Below, one piece after another: positions 55,401-64,000 of a DNA stretch of 64,000 nucleotides. The stretch comes from a virus: the IMG/VR virus record IMGVR_UViG_3300006104_000013, positions 1 to 64,000 of that record; one strand, 5' to 3'. The position numbers and the translations under genes are program-made. The stretch's first letter is position 1. Each line of letters begins with the position of its first letter. The notes beneath the pieces were generated by a model. The model saw only the letters and a list, made by a program, of their open reading frames with translations, searched no databases and was not told the DNA's origin.

Positions 55401-58400
55401 GGGCCGGAACCGCTGAGAACCTTGCCATGGGGAATGAGGCGCGGGCACTCAAAGAGGCATTTATCAATGCTTTCAATGATTCGGACGAATACTCCCCATC
55501 AAAGGACGAGGGGAAAGGCGGGAAGGAGTCCGATCGATCTGGTGCGGCAGAAATGTCGGAGTTTGATCGGGCAAAATCCTATTACTGGGCGCAACAGAAG
55601 AAGACCGGGCGTCGTGACCAGCGTGAAGGCATCGACTATTTCCCGACTCCAGAACCGATCGGCCAGAAGATGGTTGAATGGGCGGACATCAAACCTGGAG
55701 ACAAAGTTCTGGAGCCGTCGGCCGGACATGGCGCTATTGCACGGTGGTTCCCTGAACACTCAGATCGGACTCTAATCGAGCCATCAGGGGAGCTCGCCAG
55801 CCGAGCGGCATTAGCCAGTCCAGGGGCCAAGGTTCTCGACCATAACTTCGAGGACCTCCATAAAGTCAATAAATACGACGCTATCGTGATGAACCCACCC
55901 TTTGGACAAGGCGGGAAAACGGCCATCGACCACTTGGCCTTGGCGGCGTCTCATATTCGAGAAGGCGGCCGCATTGTCGCCCTGCTGCCTGATGGTCCAG
56001 CCGCGAACAAGCGTTTGGCAGACTTCTTGGTCGAGCACAATTACCTCCATGACGTTGGCGTGATCAAGCTGCCGGAGTCCGTTTTTGAAAAGGCGGGGAC
56101 GGCGGTAAGAACCCATGTCGTCGTCCTTGAAAAGCACAGCGATCATAACTCTATGGCTGATGGTCCTGGTAAATTTGAAGGGTCCGCAATCCATACTGAC
56201 AAGAGCAACGCGAAAGATATCAAAGAACTATTTGACCGGATCGAGCATGTTTCGCTGCCGGGGCGAATCGAACCAACGGTCAAAGAAGTTGAATCTGTAC
56301 CTGACGCTAAAGGCAACATCAGCGCGGGAGGCCACGACTATGTCCTATCGACCGCGCAAAATGGCGATTTCCTGGTCAAGCCGAAGAAGTATTTGGCCGA
56401 TGACTATCACCGGATCAATGCTTTGGCCAAAGAAAACAATGGCGGATATGGCAAAGACGATAAATCATTCCGCTTCAAAACCGAGTCGGATCGGTCGGAA
56501 TTCTTAAAGGCGCTCGCCAGCGGGGCCGAGCCCAAGCCATCGCAGACTGCTGGGTTTGGGGTCGATTTTGAGAAGGCCCAGGCCGTCCACTCGAAGACAG
56601 GTAAGGATCTCTTTGTAGCCATCCCGCAGAGTCGGGTTGAAACCGATAAGTTTCACCAGATGAATGCGCTGGCCAAGCAATTTGATGGGGCCTATTCGGC
56701 GTGGAAAGGGAAGGGGGCTGTTCCTGGGTTCCAGTTTCCTTCCGAGGCAGCGCGCGAAGCTTTCATCAATGCGGCGACCGAGGAAAAAATCGGACCTCGT
56801 GGCGCCGCCGATAATGACGAGATGCCGGATATCACCCCTCACCAAGAAGCGCGAGGCGAAGTCCTCAAACGTGGGGAATCCGACGGAAACGAGCACAACG
56901 CCTTCGTCGATCGAGAGGGCAAGATCATCTATGAGACCAGCGGAAAAAATGATTCTGTCGAATTCTCCAACGCAATACTAAAAAGGCTGATGGACCAAAA
57001 AGAATCCATAACTATCCACCATAACCATCCTTCAAATAGACCGTTAAGTCAGCAAGATTTTCTTCTCTTAAGCTATCCTGGTATTGACCATGTTGTTGCG
57101 CATGGTGACGGGGTAATGAGTTCAGCTACATTGACGGAACTTGGCCGGTCGATTGTCGGAACTGGAGCATCATCCCATGCTGACTGGGAGAAAATAGTTC
57201 GTAAAGTTAAGCGCGATGTCGATGAATCGCTGTTTAGCGCTTACGAAGCCGGAGAAATTGGTTCTGTCCCCACTATGTCTGAACAAAGAATGGCATTGGG
57301 GCAAGCTCTGCATCAGTCTGGGCTCATTGAATACCACTCAACTCATGATGTTGCGCGTGGAGAGCCTGCTTTTAATTATGCTGTTGATAGCGGTGTTACT
57401 GGTGCCATATCTTCAGTAAAGCGTTTGAAAAAACCAACAGCGGAGATGGAAGATGATCGGTTGCATAGATCCACCTGGACTGGAAGCGTCGATGACGGAA
57501 TTGCAGACCTTCCGTCGAAAACTGAAAAAAATGGATCAGACGGACAGGGCGGTAAAAGTGGCTTTGGAGGACATCGATTTGACGATCAAGCGCAAAGTCA
57601 GATCGATCAAGATCGAAGCGCAACGGGGAGCTTAAATGGACTTGCCGGGGGCAGCGAGCCCGTGGAAAAGCCTGACGGGCAAAAAGGAGGACCAAACCCT
57701 CGTGGGACATCTGATAGCGACGAGCTGACGGAGACCCAGAGAACCAACCGTCAGCAGGTGGCGCAAAAGATCAAAGAAGGGGTTGAAGAACACAAGGAGT
57801 CGGCAAAGACCCTGTGGAAAGCGATCCAAATGATTTGTGCCCCAATGGCCACCGGAACCGATAAGGGCAAGGTGATTGCCAAGCAGTTCGCCAATAGCAT
57901 TCGTGACGGTCTATATCGCATGAATCAGACGATCGATATGCTGGCCAAGGGGTTCTCCCCGGAGCAGCTCGGAAATATGTGGCGGGCGCTCGACGATACC
58001 TGTGTCCGCCATTCCATGGAAGAACGCGACTTCATCGCCGAAAACATCAATCGCATCCAGGCCAAAATGGCTGAAAAGTGGATCGAACGAGGAATGCCGG
58101 AAGATGAGGCCATGGAAAAAGTATTTCCGGCAGCCATGGAAGCCGCCAAGATTGAAGCCCGTGGAGAGCTGGAGAAACGTGAAAAGGCAATGGCCGAAGA
58201 GAAGTTCGGGATCTTCTCCCTCCCGGATGATCAGCGCGACATCGTCATGGACCTCTCCAAGCAGGCCGACCAGCTTTGGAAAGAAGCTCTGAACGCCAAC
58301 CTTGTGTCCGGCCAAGGCTTGCCTCGCTGGACTCCGCGCATGCTGGCCATGGTCTCGGATGAAGGACATTTTGAGCCGATCCAAGGCGACCCAGCCAAAC

Positions 58401-60661
58401 AGCGGGCCTACCACCTGGATGTTTTGGGGACGAACGCGACAACTGTGGCCCCCAGCCTCCGCAGCCGCAAGTATATGACGAAGGAAGAGCAGAACGAAGC
58501 CGGAGCGCGGATGCGGGACGAATTGGGATTCAACGGCGATATCAAAGTCCTTGAAGACATCCGCACGATGCCGCTGGCCATGGGGCGAATCCAGCATGCA
58601 GTGACGACACGGACTCTGATCAACAAACTTGATTCCATGGGTAAGGCCATGGGGCTTGAGCTCGTCAAAGAGGGACATGAAGGCGGAGACCATTTCACAG
58701 TCAACCATCCGGCATTCAGCATCATGAAGCCGATGTTGGAATGGAAGCCAATAAGTAAGGAAGACCTGGAAGATAGGGGTAATTTTGTCCACGACGGAAA
58801 GGTCTACAAGGGAGATCCGGACGACGTCGAGAACGCCTCTTTGCTGAAGAGCTACCGAGTCAAAGGGGATGAAATCCAGCAGCATGCCCCGGTTACGCGC
58901 GAGAGTGACGGGTCAACGGTCATGCAAGCCGTACCCATCTCGATCCACCGCTCATTTGAAGGCCCGTTGCGGGCGATCCTGACGTCGAAGCCGGGGCCGA
59001 TCTATCAGGCCGTCATGCGGCTCAAAGCGACGGTTACACATATGGTCCTTCTCTTCCCCACCGTCCACTTGGGGATGGAACTTGGCCGTGCCCTCCCGAC
59101 TCTGGGTGGGAAAATGTTCACGGTCTCTTTCTGGAAGCAAGCTTTGCAGGACATGGGCGACAAAGAATTCATGTCCTATGCCATCCAGCACGGAATGGAC
59201 CCGATCGGCAGCTTCTATGAGCACCAGGACATTTCGACTCTGTCCTATGACAAGGGGCTGATGCCGGGGAAAAGCCCCCCGGCGAAATTGCTCGGCCTCG
59301 CTGGCGATCTGGTCAGTAAGGAATTTGGCAATGCTCTGCGTAAGGGCGCTGATAAATTCGGCGATTTTTACACCAACACATTGCTGTGGAATCGAGTTCG
59401 CCAACTCCAGGTCGGGCTGTTCCGCTCCACGATGGAGGCCGAAACACAGCATCTGGCCAAGAAGATCATGGCGCAGGACCCGACGGTGACTCTCGACGAG
59501 GCCAGAGAAAAGGCGAAGACCGCTGCGGCATGGATGGCTGGGAACGTCAGCAATCGCTATGCCGGGGCTCTTCCACTGGAGTCCATGGGCGAACCGGCTC
59601 GCAAATTCTGTAACATCATGCTGTTCTCTCGGATGCTGACCGTCGGCAACTGGGGCGCAATGAAGGACATGTTCCACGGGATGCCGGGCGATGTCTATTC
59701 GTCGATCAAGCAAGCTTGCGGCGAGAATGTCGCTGATCTGGCCAAAAGCGCGGGTAAGCGTAAGGCCCTAGCTGCCTTCGCCATCGATATCGGCATGATG
59801 TACGCCATGAATGCTGGCCTTCAATCAGCATTCAGCATTCTCAACAAGGACAAGACGGAAGACGAAGAAGTTCAGGGTTACATCGATCGGTATCATGCGG
59901 CGATCAACGATGTCGGCAATGACCCATCCCTGTTGCTCGACCCCACCTTCATGATTGAACGGATATCTCCTACTTTCGATAATGATGTCGGCGCGGAGAA
60001 CCGGTTCAAATTCGGCAAGAATATTGAGGGTGCCGATATGTATGGACGCTCTCCATTTGGTAAAATCGGTGAAGACCTCTTGGGTGCCATTTCCCATCCG
60101 CTGAAGATGATGGGCAACAAGATGAGTACCTTGGCCCGTCCGATCATCAGCACCATTACCAATGCAGATCCATTTACCCACGATGCCATTTATGACGAAG
60201 ATGCCCAGGGAGTATGGGCGAATGCTAAGGTTGTTGGCGATGTGGTCAAATACTTCATGGAACAACAACTTCCGAGCCAGGAAATCGATTCCGTATCGTC
60301 GTGGATTCAAGGGGGAGATGACGCCCATGATTCGATGATTAAGTCTGTGTTGCCTATTTTGGGGATCACGACGAGAACAGGGAACTCCGGAGGCCCGTCA
60401 GCCAGTGTTGCCGCCCAAGTCAAGCGTGAGCATGACCGGACGGTCAAGAATGCTCGCCGTGAGGTGTCAAAAGACATCCGCGCCGGAAACCTTGATAAAG
60501 CGATCGATTATCTGTCAGAGCACGGAATGACGAGCGAGCAGGCGACCAAGTACGTGCTCAGCCGTGGGAAACCGAAGGATTACACCGCCGCTCAACGCAA
60601 GCTGGTGTCTGAATATGGAACGGATCTTCAGAAGGAACGCGCCGACGAGGCCGACCAATAG
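49442..60661 (+). CDS. giant polyvalent injected protein (PPase-like, SF2 helicase, N6-adenine MTase, JAB-like; DarB-like)
   Basis: NY.HGH...IENxKGS-like...DEHKV; GTGTGKT/DESQ/SATP/GISLHD/QEEGRIYR; FPTP/LEPSAG.G/NPPF; HNHPS...S..D. Confidence 0.9.
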   Translation: MDVTMPDGTVVNNVPDDMSKSDFVAKAKANGAWNPSWDAPQKSQNPGSDDQPGILESGLKGFAKGVIGSAKSLKTTAVGDALHPENDAPEGEPDSVDKLMADPNWWHHGAGWAAKIGAGLGGVAPGMGAAALASAPFGGPEDPLGAAAGTAAWAGVSAMQELPEAYRRNLKNGDDAETAYNKAWKDSGIAAATGALMNIVPGMKAFKGAADATGKISADEAAKAYLKNLVFHTFGTGPAMGAAQDIAQSEVDTGKAPDAQDLALNAAVMGLTGGVQAAIHHGVAKVLPQKAATEGTPNKEVPPPATTGHYVEPTVTGGFQVFGPDQQPVANGLHKTEDLAAAHANSLNAAATEPANTPVDQAAAVQRQGDQQLEGALAQETGDELPPDVPPAVPNGPSLSGLNKPKEPTATGGDEQQTVSEPNATLLHQQKQLQDGLRPAQYFPNETTPLPLPDGMQEVKTDRGVFHINPKLTSEEEVHQKAAEGRIGDLLNLGPYNKDDINNRVATGEQPVAVTERTPDGTEVRAAHGTGQTAAEQAAYFEQTKTPGNTIAVEHPLETVAKRIENAQAAPPAESESPQTPAAPSVESGATPPIDEKTPGTRKNPIDVKTAEDLRAAEENIDHEPTPAQKTASNYEHGHIRLHGLDIGLENGKGSKRTGIGEDGRKWTAAMKAAYGYVKGTIGKDKDHVDAFIGDHVESDKAFIIDQKNLATGEFDEHKVVLGARDEAEAHKIYDGSFSDEEGPARRMATTEVPIHDLKEWLANKSKTQEEAAPHFAEKAEIEAAKEKLKAAISRHPASTIFKIKDAIAATGLDSATARSLLKEVAEEAGLENKSGSFFTSKAGEKLSAFSAVPNPPRRLSTWIKSKGGIKNEGEELTNAIRQRPGLVNNKTGMTHEDAALAAWQAGYFPEHGSPKEDGTPPDISAFLKRLDEDIRGNKQFSEHDTEELEAFNDAISRNEEISKLADEHDIPTSGLTQAEFYDKLRESMSLRDMARLQKEQEDSHLAAMAEAEARQKEWMDQRGEAWEPDWEPKGRPRTLKDLQDEYEREELARRASEGEGSPDASESGSSDASEEGAGSRERSSGDQGGNEDLRNKSIGDAIGLTSEAIAAADKAAKAEADKASKLEQHKLEKSQSKLRKSGQKSAESQKDGLFAKAAEGDQGDLLSQPKPKAEWGSANKLVSTERAEAIREALRAKMRSQISSGLDPETIMLGTELAVYHIEAGARSFADFAGRMIADLGDKIRPFLKMWYNAARDYPGMDDTGMTPYEEVRKFDHNGEFNVPDLSGDLERDSGNAEIGDSVGKPDVQSKGDRATQGSGRGDERAEEGRVRPDSDIGISPDGTASVGEGGDSEVQAEASGARQRAAERGGQPGGYDVGEHGPAIIHIGAESVGKTAGDSPELAKKEAAQAKANKLEVKPGLNNIRETLPYLLPGQHDDIHKAEQRFAKPDGHGMLFSNGTGTGKTFTGGGIIARFVRQGKGDILIVAPSQGIVADWQKALAKIGIESSVLESTTTAGKGVVLATYANLGENRHLADRNWHLVVADESQKLMANENGEPTGALNHFRAITNHPDGLSTKANMQLRDLNDRLDEVTAIAQGKKPPTPEMSREKASELSSELNRELNKKRNDLIDKFSQEPRSKAVFLSATPLPYVKAIDYANGYLFHYPKVEKTGAYNQADGRGQFLMENFGYRMRTGKLTEPDSNVDSGIMERAFHEKLKREGSLSTRRLDVDADYDRKFVLVNDAVGHKIDSLMEFLREADNGKFRHIAEIVNENFDYLSRMRLLEAIKANHFVPIIKKHIEMGRKVVVFHDYNEGGGMNPFDLSNVPNAEVPLRVNGKDEMVNLQDLAREFHDRNPEAKKMDFSQFKAPIETMRDAFPAALFYNGNVPEKARAQAKMLFNQDGSGRDIIVVNSAAGEAGISLHDTTGAHQRVLINLGMPIKPTTAIQEEGRIYRTGQVTDALFRYGNTGTNWERWTFAGKIADRAGTAENLAMGNEARALKEAFINAFNDSDEYSPSKDEGKGGKESDRSGAAEMSEFDRAKSYYWAQQKKTGRRDQREGIDYFPTPEPIGQKMVEWADIKPGDKVLEPSAGHGAIARWFPEHSDRTLIEPSGELASRAALASPGAKVLDHNFEDLHKVNKYDAIVMNPPFGQGGKTAIDHLALAASHIREGGRIVALLPDGPAANKRLADFLVEHNYLHDVGVIKLPESVFEKAGTAVRTHVVVLEKHSDHNSMADGPGKFEGSAIHTDKSNAKDIKELFDRIEHVSLPGRIEPTVKEVESVPDAKGNISAGGHDYVLSTAQNGDFLVKPKKYLADDYHRINALAKENNGGYGKDDKSFRFKTESDRSEFLKALASGAEPKPSQTAGFGVDFEKAQAVHSKTGKDLFVAIPQSRVETDKFHQMNALAKQFDGAYSAWKGKGAVPGFQFPSEAAREAFINAATEEKIGPRGAADNDEMPDITPHQEARGEVLKRGESDGNEHNAFVDREGKIIYETSGKNDSVEFSNAILKRLMDQKESITIHHNHPSNRPLSQQDFLLLSYPGIDHVVAHGDGVMSSATLTELGRSIVGTGASSHADWEKIVRKVKRDVDESLFSAYEAGEIGSVPTMSEQRMALGQALHQSGLIEYHSTHDVARGEPAFNYAVDSGVTGAISSVKRLKKPTAEMEDDRLHRSTWTGSVDDGIADLPSKTEKNGSDGQGGKSGFGGHRFDDQAQSQIDQDRSATGSLNGLAGGSEPVEKPDGQKGGPNPRGTSDSDELTETQRTNRQQVAQKIKEGVEEHKESAKTLWKAIQMICAPMATGTDKGKVIAKQFANSIRDGLYRMNQTIDMLAKGFSPEQLGNMWRALDDTCVRHSMEERDFIAENINRIQAKMAEKWIERGMPEDEAMEKVFPAAMEAAKIEARGELEKREKAMAEEKFGIFSLPDDQRDIVMDLSKQADQLWKEALNANLVSGQGLPRWTPRMLAMVSDEGHFEPIQGDPAKQRAYHLDVLGTNATTVAPSLRSRKYMTKEEQNEAGARMRDELGFNGDIKVLEDIRTMPLAMGRIQHAVTTRTLINKLDSMGKAMGLELVKEGHEGGDHFTVNHPAFSIMKPMLEWKPISKEDLEDRGNFVHDGKVYKGDPDDVENASLLKSYRVKGDEIQQHAPVTRESDGSTVMQAVPISIHRSFEGPLRAILTSKPGPIYQAVMRLKATVTHMVLLFPTVHLGMELGRALPTLGGKMFTVSFWKQALQDMGDKEFMSYAIQHGMDPIGSFYEHQDISTLSYDKGLMPGKSPPAKLLGLAGDLVSKEFGNALRKGADKFGDFYTNTLLWNRVRQLQVGLFRSTMEAETQHLAKKIMAQDPTVTLDEAREKAKTAAAWMAGNVSNRYAGALPLESMGEPARKFCNIMLFSRMLTVGNWGAMKDMFHGMPGDVYSSIKQACGENVADLAKSAGKRKALAAFAIDIGMMYAMNAGLQSAFSILNKDKTEDEEVQGYIDRYHAAINDVGNDPSLLLDPTFMIERISPTFDNDVGAENRFKFGKNIEGADMYGRSPFGKIGEDLLGAISHPLKMMGNKMSTLARPIISTITNADPFTHDAIYDEDAQGVWANAKVVGDVVKYFMEQQLPSQEIDSVSSWIQGGDDAHDSMIKSVLPILGITTRTGNSGGPSASVAAQVKREHDRTVKNARREVSKDIRAGNLDKAIDYLSEHGMTSEQATKYVLSRGKPKDYTAAQRKLVSEYGTDLQKERADEADQ

Positions 60662-60831
60662 GAACGTCTTGGCTTTTTAGCATGTTTGGGGCATAGTCCA
60701 GTGACCAGCGGGCCGCTGGAACAACCCCAACATGAATCCGCTTGACGGCGCTCGTCATGGTTCTTCGGGAAATGACCGGTGCGGCACCTGGACTCACCCT
60801 TCGATGAAGCCATCTTGGCGGGAGATATCCC

Positions 60832-62712
60832 ATGCCGATGATGCCGCTCGCCATCAAGCCGGGCGTTAACTCCCAGGCGTCAAAACTTCTTGCGCATGAT
60901 ATGTGGTCGTCCTCGAATTTGATTCGGTTCAAAGATGGGATGCTGCAAAAACGTGGTGGCTGGACTCACCTGAATAGCACGACGTTTCTTGGAACTGCTC
61001 GCGGGATGCACCCGTTTCAGGATTTGCAGAACAATACATATCTGGCGATTGGAACAAACCAGCGTCTGAGCCTCTATAATTTCGGAACAGTTTACGACAT
61101 TACGCCATATCGCTTGACGACGACTCCAGCCGGAGGGGCTCCCTTCGCTGTGACGCTGGGGCAGTCAACCGTGGTCGTCACTGATTCTGGGGCCACAGGT
61201 GCGCTTTGCCCTGCTGTCGGGGATTGGGTATTCATTTCCGGGGCTTCCGCTGGAGCATTTAACCTCGGTCTTTATGGGCAAGGGGTTTATCAAGCAGGCA
61301 CCACCGGCGGCATCAATATGAACGGCTTCTTCCAAGTGAACGCCGTCATCAACGCGTCAATCGGAGAATATTCGGTCGCCACTTCGACTGTGGCGAATCA
61401 GACCGGAACCGGCGGCGGCGCTCCGACAATCAACTATCTCCTCAGTAGTGCGTTAGACCCGGTCATCGGCGGCTATGGGACCGGCGTATATGGGAGCGGG
61501 TCCTTCGGCGCAACCACATCGCAGGGTGGAGTTGCCATCGTCCTCCGGGAGTGGTCGCTTGATAACTGGGGTCAGTTTTTAGTGGCCAACCCACTGAATG
61601 GTGGCCTTTATCTGTGGACTCCACCGAACACATGGCCGCCGACGTCTGGGGCTGCGGCACCGGCCGTCGCCATTTCGAGCGCAGACACGTATTTCCCGAC
61701 AGCATCGCGGGGAATGTTCGTGGCGATGCCACAACGGCAATTGATTTGCTTTGGAACACAGAACAGCACTCTATCCAACCAAGACCCTCTATTGGTCCAG
61801 TTCTCAGACGTTGGAAGCTACACGACCTTCACTCCGACAGTGACAAATCAGGCTGGGTCTTTCCGACTCTCGTCCGGGTCTCGGATCATGGGTGGCATGC
61901 AAGCCATGCAGAACGGACTGATTTGGACAGATATTGAGCTGTGGCAGTTCCAATATATTGGGTATCCATTGGTCTATGGCTTTAACAAAATCGGCATCGG
62001 CTGCGGACTGATTGGAATGAAGGCTGCGGCCAAGATCGGCCCAACCGTTTATTGGATGTCGCTGGATGGGTTCTTCTCATATGACGGCAGCACCGTGAGC
62101 CCGTTGCGTTGCTCAGTCTGGGATCGGGTATTCAATAACATCGATCGGAATTATGCCGAGGCTGTCTTCGCTGCTCCGAATTCGTATTTCAACGAGATTC
62201 TGTGGTTTTTCCCTGTGATCGGTGGAAGTGGGGCGGTGAGCAATTACGTCTCATTCAATGTCGTTGATCAGGTCTGGGACTATGGGCAAATGAACCGGAC
62301 CTGCTGGGTTGACCAATCTGTGTTGGGGGCTCCGATCGGGGCAGACTCAACGACCGGCCTAATCCAACAGCATGAAACGTCGAATGATGCCGACGGAAAC
62401 GCTTTAGACTCATGGGCCGAGACCGGATGGCTGGACATGGCAAGCGGACAGGAATTCATCTTCTTGGAACGCATGCTGACCGATTTTGTCGTTTCATCCG
62501 GGTCAATCGTTCTGATCACGGTAAAGGTCTGCAATTACGTAGGAGACACACCGCGAGTCTATGGCCCCTTCTCCATAACGTCGGCGACTGAAAACATCAT
62601 TATTCGTGCGCGCGGAAGATTCATTGCGATCCGGGTAGAGAGCCAGGGGACCGGTTCTTTTTGGCGCGTCGGGCAAAACTTGATGCTGACCAGCGCAGCG
62701 GGGAGACGATAA
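60832..62712 (+). CDS. tail nozzle / head-stabilisation protein (P22 gp10-like)
   Basis: L...PGVN, W...NL.RF..G...K.GGW, W.LDNWG, NQAG.FRL..GS.I, R.RGR. Confidence 0.85.
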   Translation: MPMMPLAIKPGVNSQASKLLAHDMWSSSNLIRFKDGMLQKRGGWTHLNSTTFLGTARGMHPFQDLQNNTYLAIGTNQRLSLYNFGTVYDITPYRLTTTPAGGAPFAVTLGQSTVVVTDSGATGALCPAVGDWVFISGASAGAFNLGLYGQGVYQAGTTGGINMNGFFQVNAVINASIGEYSVATSTVANQTGTGGGAPTINYLLSSALDPVIGGYGTGVYGSGSFGATTSQGGVAIVLREWSLDNWGQFLVANPLNGGLYLWTPPNTWPPTSGAAAPAVAISSADTYFPTASRGMFVAMPQRQLICFGTQNSTLSNQDPLLVQFSDVGSYTTFTPTVTNQAGSFRLSSGSRIMGGMQAMQNGLIWTDIELWQFQYIGYPLVYGFNKIGIGCGLIGMKAAAKIGPTVYWMSLDGFFSYDGSTVSPLRCSVWDRVFNNIDRNYAEAVFAAPNSYFNEILWFFPVIGGSGAVSNYVSFNVVDQVWDYGQMNRTCWVDQSVLGAPIGADSTTGLIQQHETSNDADGNALDSWAETGWLDMASGQEFIFLERMLTDFVVSSGSIVLITVKVCNYVGDTPRVYGPFSITSATENIIIRARGRFIAIRVESQGTGSFWRVGQNLMLTSAAGRR

Positions 62713-62949
62713 ATGGCGGACACAATAAATGTTCCAGGGATGGCTGATCTTGTCATGGCCGTCAAAAATTCAAATCAGATCATGGGGCAGCTTATCGCCG
62801 CGATCAAAGCTGCATTCCCTCAGAACGCAAGCACAGCGACAACGGCCACAGCCGGTTCGGCAACTCTTCCTGCGACTCCAGCCGGTTTCTTGGTGGTGAA
62901 TAACCCTGTCACGGGGCTTGCCGTCAAGATCCCGTACTACAATAATTAG
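62713..62949 (+). CDS. small tail protein
   Basis: ATAG.ATLPA.P.GF...KIPYY. Confidence 0.7.
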   Translation: MADTINVPGMADLVMAVKNSNQIMGQLIAAIKAAFPQNASTATTATAGSATLPATPAGFLVVNNPVTGLAVKIPYYNN

Positions 62950-62957
62950 GATAGGCA

Positions 62958-64000
62958 ATGGGAACGACTTCAATAAACAAGGGGTATCTTGTCCCAACGC
63001 TAAATGGCGATGCATTGACGTGGGGAAGCCAAGTCAACTCGTCGATTGGGTTTCTTGACGCCAATGTCGCCGGGGTTGCCCCTGTTTCGACGACAGGTGG
63101 GTCTATCAACGCTTTGACGGCCCTCTACAACTCGATCCCGCTTTATGAATATATGGCGATTTCGTTGACTGGGGCCTTGGCCGGGACCCTCACCTACACC
63201 CTTCCGGGGGCCTCTGGTGCGTCAACTTATGGCGGGTACGCCTTTATCCGCAATGCGACGACAGGGGCGTACACGGTCACAGTCAATACGTCAGCGGCCG
63301 GGTCCGTTGGGGTTGTCATTCCGCAGGGAACCACATGCTTGGTTTGCTCTGACGGAACGAATGTCTATTTGGTTGGAAACTCCCAATATGGGTTGCCGAC
63401 ACTCAATGCCGGTGGATCGGCAGATGTCCTGACCGGAACATTCTCCCCATCGGCTGTCCTATCAGATGGTCTGGTCGTCGAAGTCATCGCGTCATATGCC
63501 AATGCCACGACCGCACCGACGTTCCAAGGAATCACCATCACGAAATGGGGCGGCCAAGCTCTGGTTCCTGGCGACATTTATGGATCTGGCCACCGCCTCC
63601 TTCTCTGCTGCGTTGGAAGTGGCACTCGGTGGGAGCTGACGAACCCGGCTACGAATATGCCGTACACGGTAAATACCGGGGCAAATTCGTTGGTCCAGCT
63701 CGACTCTCTGGTCAGACTCCCAGCGCTCGATGCGTCCCTGCTGACCAACGTCACAGGAAGCAATACGCTCACATGGACGTCGATATCAGCGTCTCAAGCT
63801 CTTGTGGCCAAGAACGGATATCTCTGTACGTCGGCATCTTCGCTTCAGCTTCCGACTCCCTCCATTTGCGCCGTCGGTGACACCATCGAAGTCATCGGAG
63901 TCGGACAGGGCGGATTCCTGCTGGCCCCGGCCAGTGGGCAAACTATAAACTTCGGGAATACATCTGTTTCCTATGGGTATGGATTCAGCGGGAATCAATA
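62958..64000 (+). CDS. tail fibre protein (runs off window; not in ORF track)
   Basis: MGTTSINKGYLVP...TWG..N...LD..AG...N.TTGAY.V pattern; N-terminal part read by hand, frame appears open to the end. Confidence 0.75.
   Translation, partial: MGTTSINKGYLVPTLNGDALTWGSQVNSSIGFLDANVAGVAPVSTTGGSINALTALYNSIPLYEYMAISLTGALAGTLTYTLPGASGASTYGGYAFIRNATTGAYTVTVNTSAAGSVGVVIPQGTTCLVCSDGTNVYLVGNSQYGLPTLNAGGSADVLTGTFSPSAVLSDGLVVEVIASYANATTAPTFQGITITKWGGQALVPGDIYGSGHRLLLCCVGSGTRWELTNPATNMPYTVNTGANSLVQLDSLVRLPALDASLLTNVTGSNTLTWTSISASQALVAKNGYLCTSASSLQLPTPSICAVGDTIEVIGVGQGGFLLAPASGQTINFGNTSVSYGYGFSGNQ

Larger units (their letters stand above)
1..64000. mobile_element. Tailed dsDNA bacteriophage (podovirus-like) genome segment
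   Basis: TerL, portal, scaffold, major capsid, adaptor, nozzle, ejection proteins and fibre in canonical order; dense small early ORFs on the opposite strand; no host housekeeping genes. Confidence 0.97.

Noticed and set aside
1-64000. CRISPR array, integrase, reverse transcriptase/DGR, genome-wide stop-codon reassignment
   Set aside because: No regularly spaced repeats, no integrase or RT motifs recognised, and TAA, TAG and TGA all end genes normally elsewhere

Overview
The whole window is tailed dsDNA bacteriophage sequence with podovirus-like gene content. The host is not shown directly; an alphaproteobacterium is plausible. No integrase, DNA polymerase or host genes are visible. Layout: (i) 1-13414, a leftward early region of many small ORFs plus a MoxR-type AAA+ ATPase/VWA-like pair and a beta-clamp-like gene, driven by three related sigma70-type promoters; (ii) 13480-14890, a mostly non-coding divergence region with a probable small terminase, an IHF site and a dif-like site; (iii) 14894-24734, rightward accessory genes, a large terminase with a mini-intein, an acyl carrier protein, a 2OG-Fe(II) oxygenase, a lipoprotein and an antisense tRNA-Pro(CGG); (iv) 24926-64000, the morphogenesis module: portal, GroES-like chaperonin, scaffold, major capsid, adaptors, two GNATs, a 1677-aa ejection protein, a ~3740-aa polyvalent DarB-like protein, tail nozzle and a partial tail fibre. 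The strongest unannotated signals are: three complete type II hammerhead ribozymes at gene boundaries in the early transcript; an in-frame UGA followed by hairpins and a start-less conserved domain, suggesting readthrough; a recurrent x-[AKR]-x-G-G peptide motif at module boundaries of several virion proteins; and a repeated G(NGC)C triloop hairpin in late-gene leaders. All family assignments come from motif recognition by eye; no database search was run.
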